From assembly GCA_964588555.1 (NCBI GenBank), contig CAZPPT010000004.1:6476-70475 (forward strand): a stretch of DNA of 64,000 nt. Direction: 5' to 3'. Below, piece after piece: positions 17,510 through 27,102 of this stretch. Position numbers and translations under genes: made by a program. Within the stretch, counting starts at the first letter, position 1. Every line of letters begins with the position of its first letter. The notes under the pieces were generated by a model, which worked only from the letters and a program-made list of their open reading frames with translations, ran no database searches and was not told where the DNA came from. This DNA is from Candidatus Micrarchaeota archaeon (GTDB lineage Archaea > Micrarchaeota > Micrarchaeia > Anstonellales > Bilamarchaeaceae).

Positions 17510-18355
17510 ATGCCAAAACGTCCATTCAAAGGTCACATGGAGCCAAACAGACCCCCTCCAGGTTCCGTTAAGGTTTTTACCCCTGCTGAAATTGCGGCTA
17601 AATACGGGCCGGCAGTAGAACTGGAAATGGTCCCATGCACTGGGAAAACTGTTACGATTACCCTTCCGGGAGGACAACGCACATTCAAGGATGAAGAATT
17701 GGATGTGCTTTTGAAAGAACATAAAGATGAACTTCCTCCTGCCATGCGTAACCCACTTGCGTCTTTTCGTAAAATAATTTCGCAAGGTAGGGAATTGACC
17801 CCTAAACAACTGAATTACCTAACTACTATTGTAAAAAGAGTACTTTATGGAACCGATAAGGAACAGGAAAGAAAATTCCAACAAACGCGAGCTTTCTGCA
17901 ACGCATTCCTTAGGCTTAAAGGAAACCCCAATTTAACCGAAGAATCTGAAACGGTATTTGGGCGAGGTGTTCGTACGCGTGTCACAGAAGAAGTTGCGGC
18001 AATTCTCCGTGAGTACCCCATTGACGGACATACTGCCGAATCTATCGTTAGGGACGCAATAAAAAATTTTATTGACTATCATCTTATCGACCTTTATGAC
18101 CGCGGTTTCCAACTAAAGGATTTTTTAAAATATGAACTCAGTTGTAGTGGCTATGTTGCTTCACAAGCTCGCGTGTTGGGGTCCCTCCCCTCTTTCCTAC
18201 GGGAAAATCTTGAAGCTGCCATGCGGGATGGAAGTTTGGCTTTAGATGCACTGGACAGTGCGGTTAGTAGATGTACGAATCTTCAATCCATTCCTAAATT
18301 GAGCATTGATGCCCTCCGAGGGGGTAGCCCCGGGAGCGGTCGGGGCGGAGTCTAA
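17510..18355 (+). CDS. hypothetical protein
   Basis: 281-aa ORF downstream of an AT-rich divergent region. Gly-rich tail GGSPGSGRGGV. No family recognised. Confidence 0.5.
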   Translation: MPKRPFKGHMEPNRPPPGSVKVFTPAEIAAKYGPAVELEMVPCTGKTVTITLPGGQRTFKDEELDVLLKEHKDELPPAMRNPLASFRKIISQGRELTPKQLNYLTTIVKRVLYGTDKEQERKFQQTRAFCNAFLRLKGNPNLTEESETVFGRGVRTRVTEEVAAILREYPIDGHTAESIVRDAIKNFIDYHLIDLYDRGFQLKDFLKYELSCSGYVASQARVLGSLPSFLRENLEAAMRDGSLALDALDSAVSRCTNLQSIPKLSIDALRGGSPGSGRGGV

Positions 18356-20085
18356 ATGACCTTGCTTGGCGACCAGTTCTTTTCAACTGCCTGCATGAGC
18401 GTGTTAAAGTCGCTGTAATATATCTTCATGATTGCCCCGACATCCTCGATCTGGTTAAGCCTGTTTTTGAGCATCCATCCGAGTACTTTTTTCTTCGTAT
18501 TTTGATCCTCTGCCACTTCCTTTTCCGTCATGCCGGTGTGTATGTTCATCTGCTCGATGTATCGCCGTGGCGACTTTACGAGCTGGAACGTGTCGTCCCG
18601 GGCACGCCATGAATAAATACGGTTTAGTTCCGGGCCCGAGGCGCCTGGCACAACCTCACTAATCTCAAGCGTCCGCCGCAGGTTTTTTCGTCGGTCGCGG
18701 TACTGGATCATAATAAGGTGGATGTCCTCCGTTTCGCTTGGCGGGATTTCAATTGGCGGCTCGATAAGCCGCTTTAACGTCTGTGCGCTCGTATCTGCGT
18801 GCATGGTTGCATACACGGAGTGGCCCGTGTGCATTGCCTCAAACAAAACTTCCGCCTCCTTCTTTCGCCTGATCTCGCCCATGATGATCCGGTCGGGCCG
18901 CATACGAAGCGCATTTACGACAAGGTCAAGCATGGTTACCTCACCGAGCCCTTCAGGGTTTGGCGCACGGGTTACTAACGGCACCCAGTTCCACTGGTAG
19001 CTTGGAAGCGCAAGCTCACGTGTGTCCTCGATGCTCACCACTCGTTGGAATGGCTGCACCAATGATACGACTGCGTTAAGGGCGCTCGTCTTGCCTGAAG
19101 CAGTTCCACCTGCCACCAGTATGTTCATCTCATAATGCACTGCCTGCCAAAGGAGTGCAGCCATATCGATTGAAAGCACCGTATTCTTCTCATTCAAATA
19201 GCTCACGATACTCCAGGGGTTGCGTGCAAACAACCGCAGCGTAATGCTGTGTCCATGCGTAGATATCGGAAAGAGCGTTGCATTGACACGGTCACCAGTA
19301 AGCAGGTGCGCATCAAGGATCGGGTTAAGGAGGCTGATCTGTTTTCCGATCTTTCGCGCAATCTGTGATGCATAATTTTCCACTTCCTGCTCGTCCTTAA
19401 GGACGATGTTTGTCTTCATCCAGCCGTATCTGCGGTGATATATGGCTAACGGATTATGCGACGAGTTAAGCACGATCTCTTCAAGCTGGTCATCCGCAAT
19501 GAGCGTCTCCATCTCGCCTAGGCCGTACATGTCGCGGTACAATATGCCGCACAGTACATCCAGGTTCTTTTTTTCCGGCGCAAGGTCGCGCATAAGTACC
19601 GACGCAATGATCGAGTGGCGCGTCTCAAATGTCTTGTCTATGTCTTCCTTTGAGATCTCAACAATACCAATCGGCGTTAATTTTGATATTTCCTCCTTTA
19701 TTGCCTCATAATAGCATTTGGTCGCATATGAAACACGCGGCATGTCGATATGGTAGGTGGGCCGTTTCTCATCTTCAGATATGAGGATCCGGGCAGTTCC
19801 GGTTGCATGTCCCCTCAAGCCGGATATCTCGTACTCGTCAACCACTTCGCCCGCAGGCCTTGTTGTTTCATACTCTGCCTTTGCGTCGATCAGCCGTACC
19901 GTTGGCTTTGCGACGACATTGATCGGATAGGTGAGCTTCACCACCCCCTGCTTGTCAAGTATCTGTGCGATCTTTTCAATCGATTGGACCGGAAGCCCTA
20001 TTGCTTTTGCGATTTCGTCAAGGGAGGCGGATTTCTTGTCCTTCAGAAGCTTAATCATGTCGTCTATTTTTGTCCGTATCATCAC
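18352..20085 (-). CDS. type II/IV secretion-family ATPase (archaeal PilB/ArlI-like)
   Basis: Walker A VAGGTASGKTSALNA, Walker B-like RPDRIIMGEIR, GHSVYATMHA His-box. N-terminal wHTH-like region. Confidence 0.85.
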   Translation of the reverse strand: MMIRTKIDDMIKLLKDKKSASLDEIAKAIGLPVQSIEKIAQILDKQGVVKLTYPINVVAKPTVRLIDAKAEYETTRPAGEVVDEYEISGLRGHATGTARILISEDEKRPTYHIDMPRVSYATKCYYEAIKEEISKLTPIGIVEISKEDIDKTFETRHSIIASVLMRDLAPEKKNLDVLCGILYRDMYGLGEMETLIADDQLEEIVLNSSHNPLAIYHRRYGWMKTNIVLKDEQEVENYASQIARKIGKQISLLNPILDAHLLTGDRVNATLFPISTHGHSITLRLFARNPWSIVSYLNEKNTVLSIDMAALLWQAVHYEMNILVAGGTASGKTSALNAVVSLVQPFQRVVSIEDTRELALPSYQWNWVPLVTRAPNPEGLGEVTMLDLVVNALRMRPDRIIMGEIRRKKEAEVLFEAMHTGHSVYATMHADTSAQTLKRLIEPPIEIPPSETEDIHLIMIQYRDRRKNLRRTLEISEVVPGASGPELNRIYSWRARDDTFQLVKSPRRYIEQMNIHTGMTEKEVAEDQNTKKKVLGWMLKNRLNQIEDVGAIMKIYYSDFNTLMQAVEKNWSPSKVI

Positions 20086-20301
20086 TCGTAATGGGTGAAT
20101 TAGATTAAAATGCTTTTTGCATTGCTATTTCATTACTTCTGTTGGTTGTTATGCTACAAGTGATAATTCTATTCCTTTACAAAATGGCGTTATTTTGAAA
20201 TGCGTCAGCCAATCATACACGGGCCCAAAATTCCGCCATATCTTTATAAACCTTCTTGACAATAAATAGTATGTTATCTCCCTTATTATATTGGTGCATT
20301 T

Positions 20302-20934
20302 ATGGACGAGGCTTCTGAAAAAGCAAGAAAAACAGGTACTACTACCGTAGGTTTGGTCTGCAAGGACGGCGTCGTGCTTGCAAGCGACCGCCGTGCGACG
20401 ATGGGTTACCTGATTGCAAGCAAGGATATTGACAAGATTTATGCAATTGACGAGCATATCGCAATGACGATTGCAGGCGGCGTAGGGGACGCACAGATGC
20501 TTGTCCGCTGGATGCAGTCAGAAGCAAAGTTATATCGCCTTCGCTATGAACGGCCAATGCCGGTTCAGGCTGCCGCCACGTTACTTGCAAACATCCTCGC
20601 ACAGTCAAAGTATTTCCCCTTTTGGGTGCAGATACTTGTAGGCGGCCTTGATGAACAGGCGCGGCTCTTCAGTGTTGACATGCTAGGGGGTATTACGGAA
20701 GAAAAGGTAACTTCTACCGGAAGCGGTTCACCGATTGCATATGGTGTGCTTGAGGAACTGTATGAAGAAGACAGGTTTGTCCAGGAAAACCTTCCGATCG
20801 CCGCCAAGGCAGTTTCCGCAGCAATGCGCCGCGACGCGGCAAGCGGGGAGCGCGTAGATCTTGTCCTTATTAACAAGGATGGATTTAGGCGCTTGTCAAA
20901 GGACGACATAAAGACATTGCTTATTAAGAACTAA
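20302..20934 (+). CDS. psmB: proteasome subunit beta
   Basis: Short propeptide, then TTTVGLVCKDGVVLASDRRATMG with the catalytic Thr. 210 aa. Confidence 0.9.
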   Translation: MDEASEKARKTGTTTVGLVCKDGVVLASDRRATMGYLIASKDIDKIYAIDEHIAMTIAGGVGDAQMLVRWMQSEAKLYRLRYERPMPVQAAATLLANILAQSKYFPFWVQILVGGLDEQARLFSVDMLGGITEEKVTSTGSGSPIAYGVLEELYEEDRFVQENLPIAAKAVSAAMRRDAASGERVDLVLINKDGFRRLSKDDIKTLLIKN

Positions 20935-20995
20935 CAAACGCTCATTTTTCTCTTTTTATTTTTACATAAATTTATGATATAAGGGGTGTTATTTT

Positions 20996-22891
20996 TTGCA
21001 CTTTAAGGAAATAGAAAAAATAGTTATCGACATAATGCCAAAGGAATGCGAAGTGACCAAGGTAGAGGCAGAAGGGCTCGCCACGGTCGTTTACCTTAAG
21101 AACATCAAGGCATTCTATGAGCACGGCGACATCATCAGGCGACTTGCAGGCATGCTTAAGAAAAAGGTAAGCGTGCGCCTTGATTCAAGCATGCTTTTGG
21201 ATCCTGAAAAGACAAAGCAGATCATCGAGCAGCTTGTTCCAAAAGATGCTGAAATAAAAAGCATCATGTTCGTGCCTGATTTTGCCGAGGTGCACATCGA
21301 GGCGCTTAAGCCGGGGCTCGTTATTGGGAAAGGGGGCGTCATACTCAAGGAACTTATGCTCCAGACTGGCTGGGCGCCAGTTGCAAAACGCGCATCAACC
21401 ATGCCAAGCGTTACTCTTGACGGCATCCGAAAAGGGCTTGTACAAAACGCGGCAGAGCGTAAAAAATTCCTCATCAATATCGGCAAGAAAATCTGCCAGC
21501 CCACAAGCCCAAGCGATTGGGTCCGCCTTGTCTGCCTTGGCGGTTTTCGTGAGGTCGGTAGAAGCTGCATCCTTTTACAGACGCCGCACAGTAAGGTGCT
21601 TCTTGACGTAGGGATCAATGCTGCGACCGGCGACCCAAGCAGGGCCTATCCGTACCTTGGCATGCTTGGCTTTCCGATAGAACAGCTTGATGCAGTAGTC
21701 ATTAGCCATGGGCACATTGACCACATGGGTTTTGTGCCATTTTTATACAAGATGGGGTACGACGGCCCGGTTTATTGTACGAGCCCGACACGGGATATCA
21801 TGGTGCTTTTGCAGCAGGATTACATAAACCTTGCAAAGCGCACATTCGGTGTTGAGCCGCCGTATGAAAAGAAACACATCCAGAAGGAGTTAAGCAATGT
21901 CGTGACCGTTGATTATGGCGAGGTCGTGGACATCACGCCTGAAATGAAGATGACGTTCTACAATGCAGGACACATTCTTGGAAGCGCCATTGTGCACCTT
22001 CACGTCGGCGAAGGCGGCCATAACCTCGTGTATACGGGAGACCTTAAATACGGCTATACGAAGCTCTTTGAGCCTGCGCACACGCAGTTCCCGCGCGTTG
22101 AGACCATCCTTATTGAGAGTACGTACGGCGGGAAGAACGATATCGGCCACAACCGCATTGATTCGGAAAACAAGCTTATGTCCATGATAAAGGCGACCAT
22201 CGACCGCCGCGGTAAGGTGCTCCTTCCCGTATTTGCGGTCGGGCGTGCGCAGGAACTGCTTTTGGTTCTTGAAGAATACTCCCGGCGCAACCCGGACTTC
22301 AACGTCCCCATTTATATTGACGGCATGGTGCTTGAGGCAAGCGCAATACATACTGCCTATCCTGAATACATGCGCGAACAGCTCCAGCGCCGCATATTAA
22401 GCGACAATTCGCCCTTCGAGTCACCGCTTATTAAGGTGGCAAAAGGGACTGATAAGGAAACGATCGTAAACGGCGAACCGGCGGTCATCCTTGCGCCAAG
22501 CGGCATGCTTAACGGCGGACCAAGTTATGAATACATGCAGATGCTTGCAGACGATGCGAAAAACTCCCTCGTATTTGTCGGGTATCAAAGCGCACTGTCA
22601 CTGGGGAACAAGCTCCAGCGCGGACAAAAGGAACTCATGATCACCGGCGACGACGGCCGCGCAAAGACGCTTAATGTCAATATGCAGATCCACACGGCAT
22701 CCGGATTTTCAGGCCACGCGACGCGTGACCAGCTTATGGCATACCTCCGTAACGTCCGTCCGACCCCTGAGCGCATATTGACGCTTCACGGGGACTGGGG
22801 AAAAACCGAGGAACTTGCGCATTCGGCAGCGGCAATGCTCCGCAAGGAAGGCCGTGCGCTTAACGACTTGGAATCGATCCGGTTAAAGTGA
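20996..22891 (+). CDS. archaeal CPSF1-type beta-CASP ribonuclease (KH domains plus metallo-beta-lactamase)
   Basis: N-terminal KH-like GLVIGKGG, HxHxDH motif ISHGHIDHMG, beta-CASP region, 631 aa. This is the architecture of aCPSF1/FttA. Confidence 0.9.
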   Translation: MHFKEIEKIVIDIMPKECEVTKVEAEGLATVVYLKNIKAFYEHGDIIRRLAGMLKKKVSVRLDSSMLLDPEKTKQIIEQLVPKDAEIKSIMFVPDFAEVHIEALKPGLVIGKGGVILKELMLQTGWAPVAKRASTMPSVTLDGIRKGLVQNAAERKKFLINIGKKICQPTSPSDWVRLVCLGGFREVGRSCILLQTPHSKVLLDVGINAATGDPSRAYPYLGMLGFPIEQLDAVVISHGHIDHMGFVPFLYKMGYDGPVYCTSPTRDIMVLLQQDYINLAKRTFGVEPPYEKKHIQKELSNVVTVDYGEVVDITPEMKMTFYNAGHILGSAIVHLHVGEGGHNLVYTGDLKYGYTKLFEPAHTQFPRVETILIESTYGGKNDIGHNRIDSENKLMSMIKATIDRRGKVLLPVFAVGRAQELLLVLEEYSRRNPDFNVPIYIDGMVLEASAIHTAYPEYMREQLQRRILSDNSPFESPLIKVAKGTDKETIVNGEPAVILAPSGMLNGGPSYEYMQMLADDAKNSLVFVGYQSALSLGNKLQRGQKELMITGDDGRAKTLNVNMQIHTASGFSGHATRDQLMAYLRNVRPTPERILTLHGDWGKTEELAHSAAAMLRKEGRALNDLESIRLK

Positions 22892-22895
22892 TCTC

Positions 22896-23612
22896 ATGTT
22901 TGGCACACCGCCTTCTGATGATTATTTTGATGAAACTGCGCGGGAAGGTCAAATTGCCCGTGTCAGGGAATTAAGCGCGCTGGCAGATTTACTTGAAGCA
23001 CTTCACGGTGAAGACGATTCACTTTGGCGCATTGCATTTGATGGCCTAAGGAAACGAAAGTCCCCCTGTGTCTTGGATGCATTTGTTCAGTTACTTAGCA
23101 CATGAGGCATTTGACGAGCTTGTGAAATCAGGGGTGGCATCAATTCCCTGTCTTACCCAAGCGCTTGAATCCCCACGCTATTTTGTACGTTCTCTGTGTG
23201 GGCACTTGGTGAGATAAGACACTATGATGAAGAAGCAGTAGCACGTTTGGTAAAACTACTTACTGATGAACGGTACATTCCAGTTGAGGCAACATGGGCG
23301 CTTGGTGAAATTGGGGCGCTTGAAGGTGCAAATCACCTTATTCCTCTCGCAATTCGTGGGCCCGACAAGCCAAATCTACGGGAAACTGCGGAGTTTGCAC
23401 TTGCGAAAATTATTGGAAAATGTGATGCGGGCGAGAAACTTGATAGGATAAGGGACGATATACGAAGCATCGCAGTTGAAGGTAAAAACGAACGGATGCG
23501 GATTGACCGATTATTTAGGTGCATCGCAGAGAGAAGAAATGTGCTTGGCGGTCATGGCTCAAAATTTCAAAAATCAGCAATTATGATTAGGCCGCATCGG
23601 CATAGGATATGA
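22896..23612 (+). pseudogene. HEAT (PBS-lyase type) repeat protein broken by two compensating frameshifts
   Basis: Repeat-like sequence continues through three frames: ...DAFVQLLST (to 23105), EAFDELVKSGVASIPCLTQALESPRYFVRS (23104..~23195, +1 frame), VWALGEIRHYDEEAVARLVKLL... (from 23196). Confidence 0.5.
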
Positions 23613-23629
23613 TCGTACGCCTTCAAAAC

Positions 23630-24721
23630 TCAATAGCTAAATTTCGCACTTCCCTTAAGCACAAAAAATAGTGCCGCAGCCTGCGGCAATTCTCTTTTCT
23701 CATCTTTTTTGAACGGCCCAAATGTCGTATCCATGAACTCTAGTTCCGGTACATCTTCAATGAACGTGGCCACCATGCTATTCTTACTTGGAATGACTGC
23801 GTCGCGTAATGGGTCAAATTCATTAATGTCTTTTACGACCTTTGCAACAAGCCCGGTCTCCCCATGAATGCTGTTTGGCACGCGGATGAGCTTACTCAAG
23901 TCCTGCGTTACCCCCGCATCCGTATTTACCGACTTTAATGCAAGGTCGCCTGCAATTTCCTTTAATTTGTCCCTGTATTCACGCAGGATGCTCCAATTGC
24001 CCTTTTCAATGCCGGCAAGCGCAGTGGTACGTTCCTCCTCCTTTTTGAACTTTCTTGATATCGCATTTGGGTTCTCATGCAGTTTTTTTACGATTGCACG
24101 GGCAAACCTGCCGCGATATCCAGCCTCAGTTGGTTTTGGGCCTAAGAGACGCAGCGCCTTAAATCCCGGGATCTCCTCTTCCCTGAAGAAATGGTCAATT
24201 GCAAGCCCCGTTGCCCGCACGTAATCGACAATTTCCTTGCGTTCGTCGGAGCCAAGTGAAAGGAAATCCTTGTCCCGGACATGGAGGTGGTAGCCGCGGT
24301 TTCCTGAAAATACGTATAGCACTTCGCGTATGCCAAAATCGTTCTTGAGAAAATCCTCGGCAAGCCGTAGTGCGTCTTCCTTTACTTCATCAAGCTTCTT
24401 ATATACGCCGTATTTTTCATCTGCATGGAGGTCAAGGTCAAAGACTATATCTGCCCCTTGCCATACCTTTTTTTGTATCGGCGTGGCCGCAGGAAAACCG
24501 TAGTATGCAGTTGAATGCGAGACAAAGAGGGGCGTGTTTAAAAGGAGGTATTTCCTGAACACTTCAGCGCTTTCGAACGCAAGGTGGCGCGCGTCAATTT
24601 TTTTAATTAACCCGACACCGAACTCCCTCCGATCGATTTCCTGGAAATTGAACTGTGCGGTTTCGTAGTATGCGCGAAATATCTCAAGCGCCTTCTTTTT
24701 GCTTTCGTCTAATGCGATCAT
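23630..24721 (-). CDS. priS: DNA primase small (catalytic) subunit PriS
   Basis: Start at MIALDESKK, which overlaps the priL stop (ATGA). DIVFDLDLH acidic motif and SGNRGYHLHV. Confidence 0.85.
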   Translation of the reverse strand: MIALDESKKKALEIFRAYYETAQFNFQEIDRREFGVGLIKKIDARHLAFESAEVFRKYLLLNTPLFVSHSTAYYGFPAATPIQKKVWQGADIVFDLDLHADEKYGVYKKLDEVKEDALRLAEDFLKNDFGIREVLYVFSGNRGYHLHVRDKDFLSLGSDERKEIVDYVRATGLAIDHFFREEEIPGFKALRLLGPKPTEAGYRGRFARAIVKKLHENPNAISRKFKKEEERTTALAGIEKGNWSILREYRDKLKEIAGDLALKSVNTDAGVTQDLSKLIRVPNSIHGETGLVAKVVKDINEFDPLRDAVIPSKNSMVATFIEDVPELEFMDTTFGPFKKDEKRELPQAAALFFVLKGSAKFSY

Positions 24722-25683
24722 CGTTTCCCCGTCTTCCCTATCCGTTCCTTCACATCCTTTGGAAGCGAGCCCCAGTTGAGCGGGCTTCCGATCCTGCATT
24801 CGGCACAGCACAGCCCCCACGTCATCACGGTTGCACATGCGGGGACTGCATATTCCTTTTTCTTTGCATGCTCAAGCTGGTACCGTGTGATTTTTTCATT
24901 ATAATCCGGGAGGTTCGAATAAATTGCCACGATGTCCTCAAGTGGCACGCGGTTCTTAAGAAGGTATACTGCCAGGTACCAGCGTGCCTGGTGCGGAAGG
25001 TTCTCGTGCTTTTTTATTGATTCCATAAGTTTTTCGATACATGGCGGCAGGTCGCCTTGGGTAAATGCGACGGGCGCTTCTTTTGGTTCAATCTTCAGGA
25101 GCAGTTCCTTTAGTTTTTCCGCCGCGCCCTTGACCTTTTCAGGCGGGTCCTTTACAAGCGGGATCCTTTCCATGTGCTTTCGTATCGCCTCTTCGATAAG
25201 GCGTATTTTTTCCCGTGGCTTGATGACCACGTAGCCGTTTTCTATCTCGCGGTTGATGATCTTATAATCAACTGAGCGCGGCGAACATGCAAGGTACGTG
25301 TAAATCGGGATCCTTATTACGTTGTTCTCCGTCTGCGTTACTATCCCAAATTCGTTTCCGAGCGCATCGACCGTATCCTTTTCTTCGCCTTCAAGGTATG
25401 CGGATGCGCGCTTTGATTCGGCAACGGCATACTTGTTGGTAAGGTAACGGTTTTTCGCATAGCCTAAAATCATCCTGGATGCGGCATAGCTTGCGATTTC
25501 CTCAAGCTTTTCATTTTCATGAAGTGCGATGCCTTTTTGGAGCTTCCCCTCCTCAAGGGCAGTAGTTATCCTGCTTAGCGACCGTTCGATGATTGAGTCG
25601 CTGACCTGGATCCCGCTTTGCTCAAGTACTGTTTTAGCAGCCCTGCTAAAGGGATATTTGACACAAAAGGTAAGGTCTGCCAT
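24718..25683 (-). CDS. priL: DNA primase large subunit PriL
   Basis: 321 aa. The C-terminal region has four Cys (PPCIEKL...VPACATVMTWGLCCAEC), consistent with the PriL Fe-S domain. Directly upstream of priS. Confidence 0.8.
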   Translation of the reverse strand: MADLTFCVKYPFSRAAKTVLEQSGIQVSDSIIERSLSRITTALEEGKLQKGIALHENEKLEEIASYAASRMILGYAKNRYLTNKYAVAESKRASAYLEGEEKDTVDALGNEFGIVTQTENNVIRIPIYTYLACSPRSVDYKIINREIENGYVVIKPREKIRLIEEAIRKHMERIPLVKDPPEKVKGAAEKLKELLLKIEPKEAPVAFTQGDLPPCIEKLMESIKKHENLPHQARWYLAVYLLKNRVPLEDIVAIYSNLPDYNEKITRYQLEHAKKKEYAVPACATVMTWGLCCAECRIGSPLNWGSLPKDVKERIGKTGKR

Positions 25684-25737
25684 ACTGCCATTTTAATGGC
25701 AAGCAAATAAGACCATTGCGCTTGCCCACTTCGCATA

Positions 25738-26229
25738 TTATTTCGCAGGCGAAAACAGGTGATCTACCCATGCCTTGTTTTTCTCTAGTGCCGCATGATG
25801 CAGTGCATACCGCAGCTCCTCAAACCATTCAGTGCCGGGTCTGCACCGTACTCCCACGTAGACGAGTTCGTCAGGCTCATCTACCCGTTGCCCCGTGATT
25901 ATTTGTGCATCAACTTTATCCTTTCTGATATAAGATACCTTCATGCGCGTCTCAAGAATTAGTTTTGGGAATACGCTGAGTGCAGGGTTTGATTCCAATA
26001 ACGCTATTGCTTGTTCGTAATCCCTTGGCAGGAATAACCCTGTTTTTGTTCCGACTGGAAATGGTATGTGGGGGTCGTCAGCGTCTTGCCTGCAAAGATA
26101 TTCCCTTCCATCCAGTATCTCAATTGTCCTGAACGGGGGACCTCTTCGGCCCGCATTGTGCGCAAGGTAACTTCCGACCATGCCCCTAAATTCCTGTTCC
26201 CGAAAGCAAGCGGTCCTCTTGCCTGGCAT
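25738..26229 (-). CDS. hypothetical protein
   Basis: 163-aa ORF between uppS and priL on the same strand. Confidence 0.5.
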   Translation of the reverse strand: MPGKRTACFREQEFRGMVGSYLAHNAGRRGPPFRTIEILDGREYLCRQDADDPHIPFPVGTKTGLFLPRDYEQAIALLESNPALSVFPKLILETRMKVSYIRKDKVDAQIITGQRVDEPDELVYVGVRCRPGTEWFEELRYALHHAALEKNKAWVDHLFSPAK

Positions 26230-26258
26230 GTACTTTATTTAGCCGTACCTTCTTTATA

Positions 26259-27080
26259 TTATTTCCCATACCGTCTTTTTCGCTGCGAATAATCCTTAAG
26301 CGCGTCCTCAAAGTCCTCCTTTGAAAAATCCGGCCACAGTTTTTTTGAGAAGTATAATTCGCTATAACATGACTGCCAGGGAAATAAGCCGCTTAAGCGC
26401 TGTTCCCCCGAAGTCCGGATAATGAGGTCCGGGTCTGGCATATCCTTTGTATAGAGGGACTCGCTCAACTTTCCCTCATCAATTTCCTTAACCCCGCTTC
26501 TTAGTAATCTGTTTACTGCATCGACAATCTCTTCCCGGCCCCCATATCCGAGCAAGAGGTTTAGCTGGTATTTCCTTTTTGCGCTGTTTGTTAATTCCTC
26601 AACTTTTCTTATCATTTCCTGTATCTCTTTTGGAAATATGTCAAAACGGCCAAGAAATCGCACTCGCAAGTTATTCTTATTGCTGTCGTCACTGTTTATC
26701 ACGTCCTGGAGGTTCTTTTTGAATAGTTCAAAAAGCCCGCCAACCTCCGCCTTATCGCGTTTGATATTGTCGGTACTGAATCCCCACATGGAGAGCATGG
26801 AAATATTGTATTCCTTGCACCACTTAAGCACATCGCCAATGTGCCTGATGCCTGTTGCATACCCTTCCGTTTTGTCAACGCCCCTTTGTTCTGCCCATCG
26901 CCGGTTTACAGTGTCCTGTTTTCAGTCAGTTACGAAACTGGAACAAGCTTGTCGCTTTGCGACAAGATGCCCATTGTCCGATCATTCGGACAATTGGGAC
27001 TCGAGACTGGAAACTGACTTTCCGTCCGGGATGATGGCAATGTGCGTTGGCAATTTCTCAACCTTTTCGATTTCAACCAC
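26259..27080 (-). CDS. uppS: cis-prenyltransferase (UPP/dolichyl-type diphosphate synthase), interrupted by a 114-nt insert; coding = 27021..27080 + 26259..26906
   Basis: Exon 1 is (GTG)VEIEKVEKLPTHIAIIPDG. Exon 2 is NRRWAEQRGVDKTEGYATGIRHIGDVLKWCKEYNISMLSMWGFSTDN...IIRTSGEQRLSGLFPWQSCYSELYF. Joining them restores DGNRRW. The track lists only 26259..26831. Confidence 0.75.
26907..27020 (-). other. candidate BHB-type intron inside uppS
   Basis: 114 nt with an in-frame TGA. AAA bulges flank an ACGG/CTGT helix, next to an exon-exon helix CATCCCGG/CCGG(C)GATG. Two perfect internal hairpins. Confidence 0.55.
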
Positions 27081-27102
27081 CAAAACTACTTATAAAAGGA
27101 GC

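Noticed and set aside
20149-20457. A 102-aa minus-strand ORF upstream of and overlapping psmB.
   Set aside because: It overlaps the proteasome beta start and promoter region, and has no RBS or recognisable motif.
26907-27020. The uppS insert as translated sequence (UGA read-through or recoding), since its length is a multiple of 3.
   Set aside because: TGA terminates neighbouring genes (e.g. 2584..2586, 29028..29030). The translated insert would also disrupt the invariant DGNRRW motif.
26907-27020. The uppS insert as a MITE-type DNA insertion that makes uppS a pseudogene.
   Set aside because: Not excluded. It is less favoured for several reasons: the inverted repeat is not terminal; the junction obeys the same BHB cutting rule as the tRNA introns and restores the frame exactly; the rest of the gene is intact; and the element resembles a tRNA intron that must be spliced.
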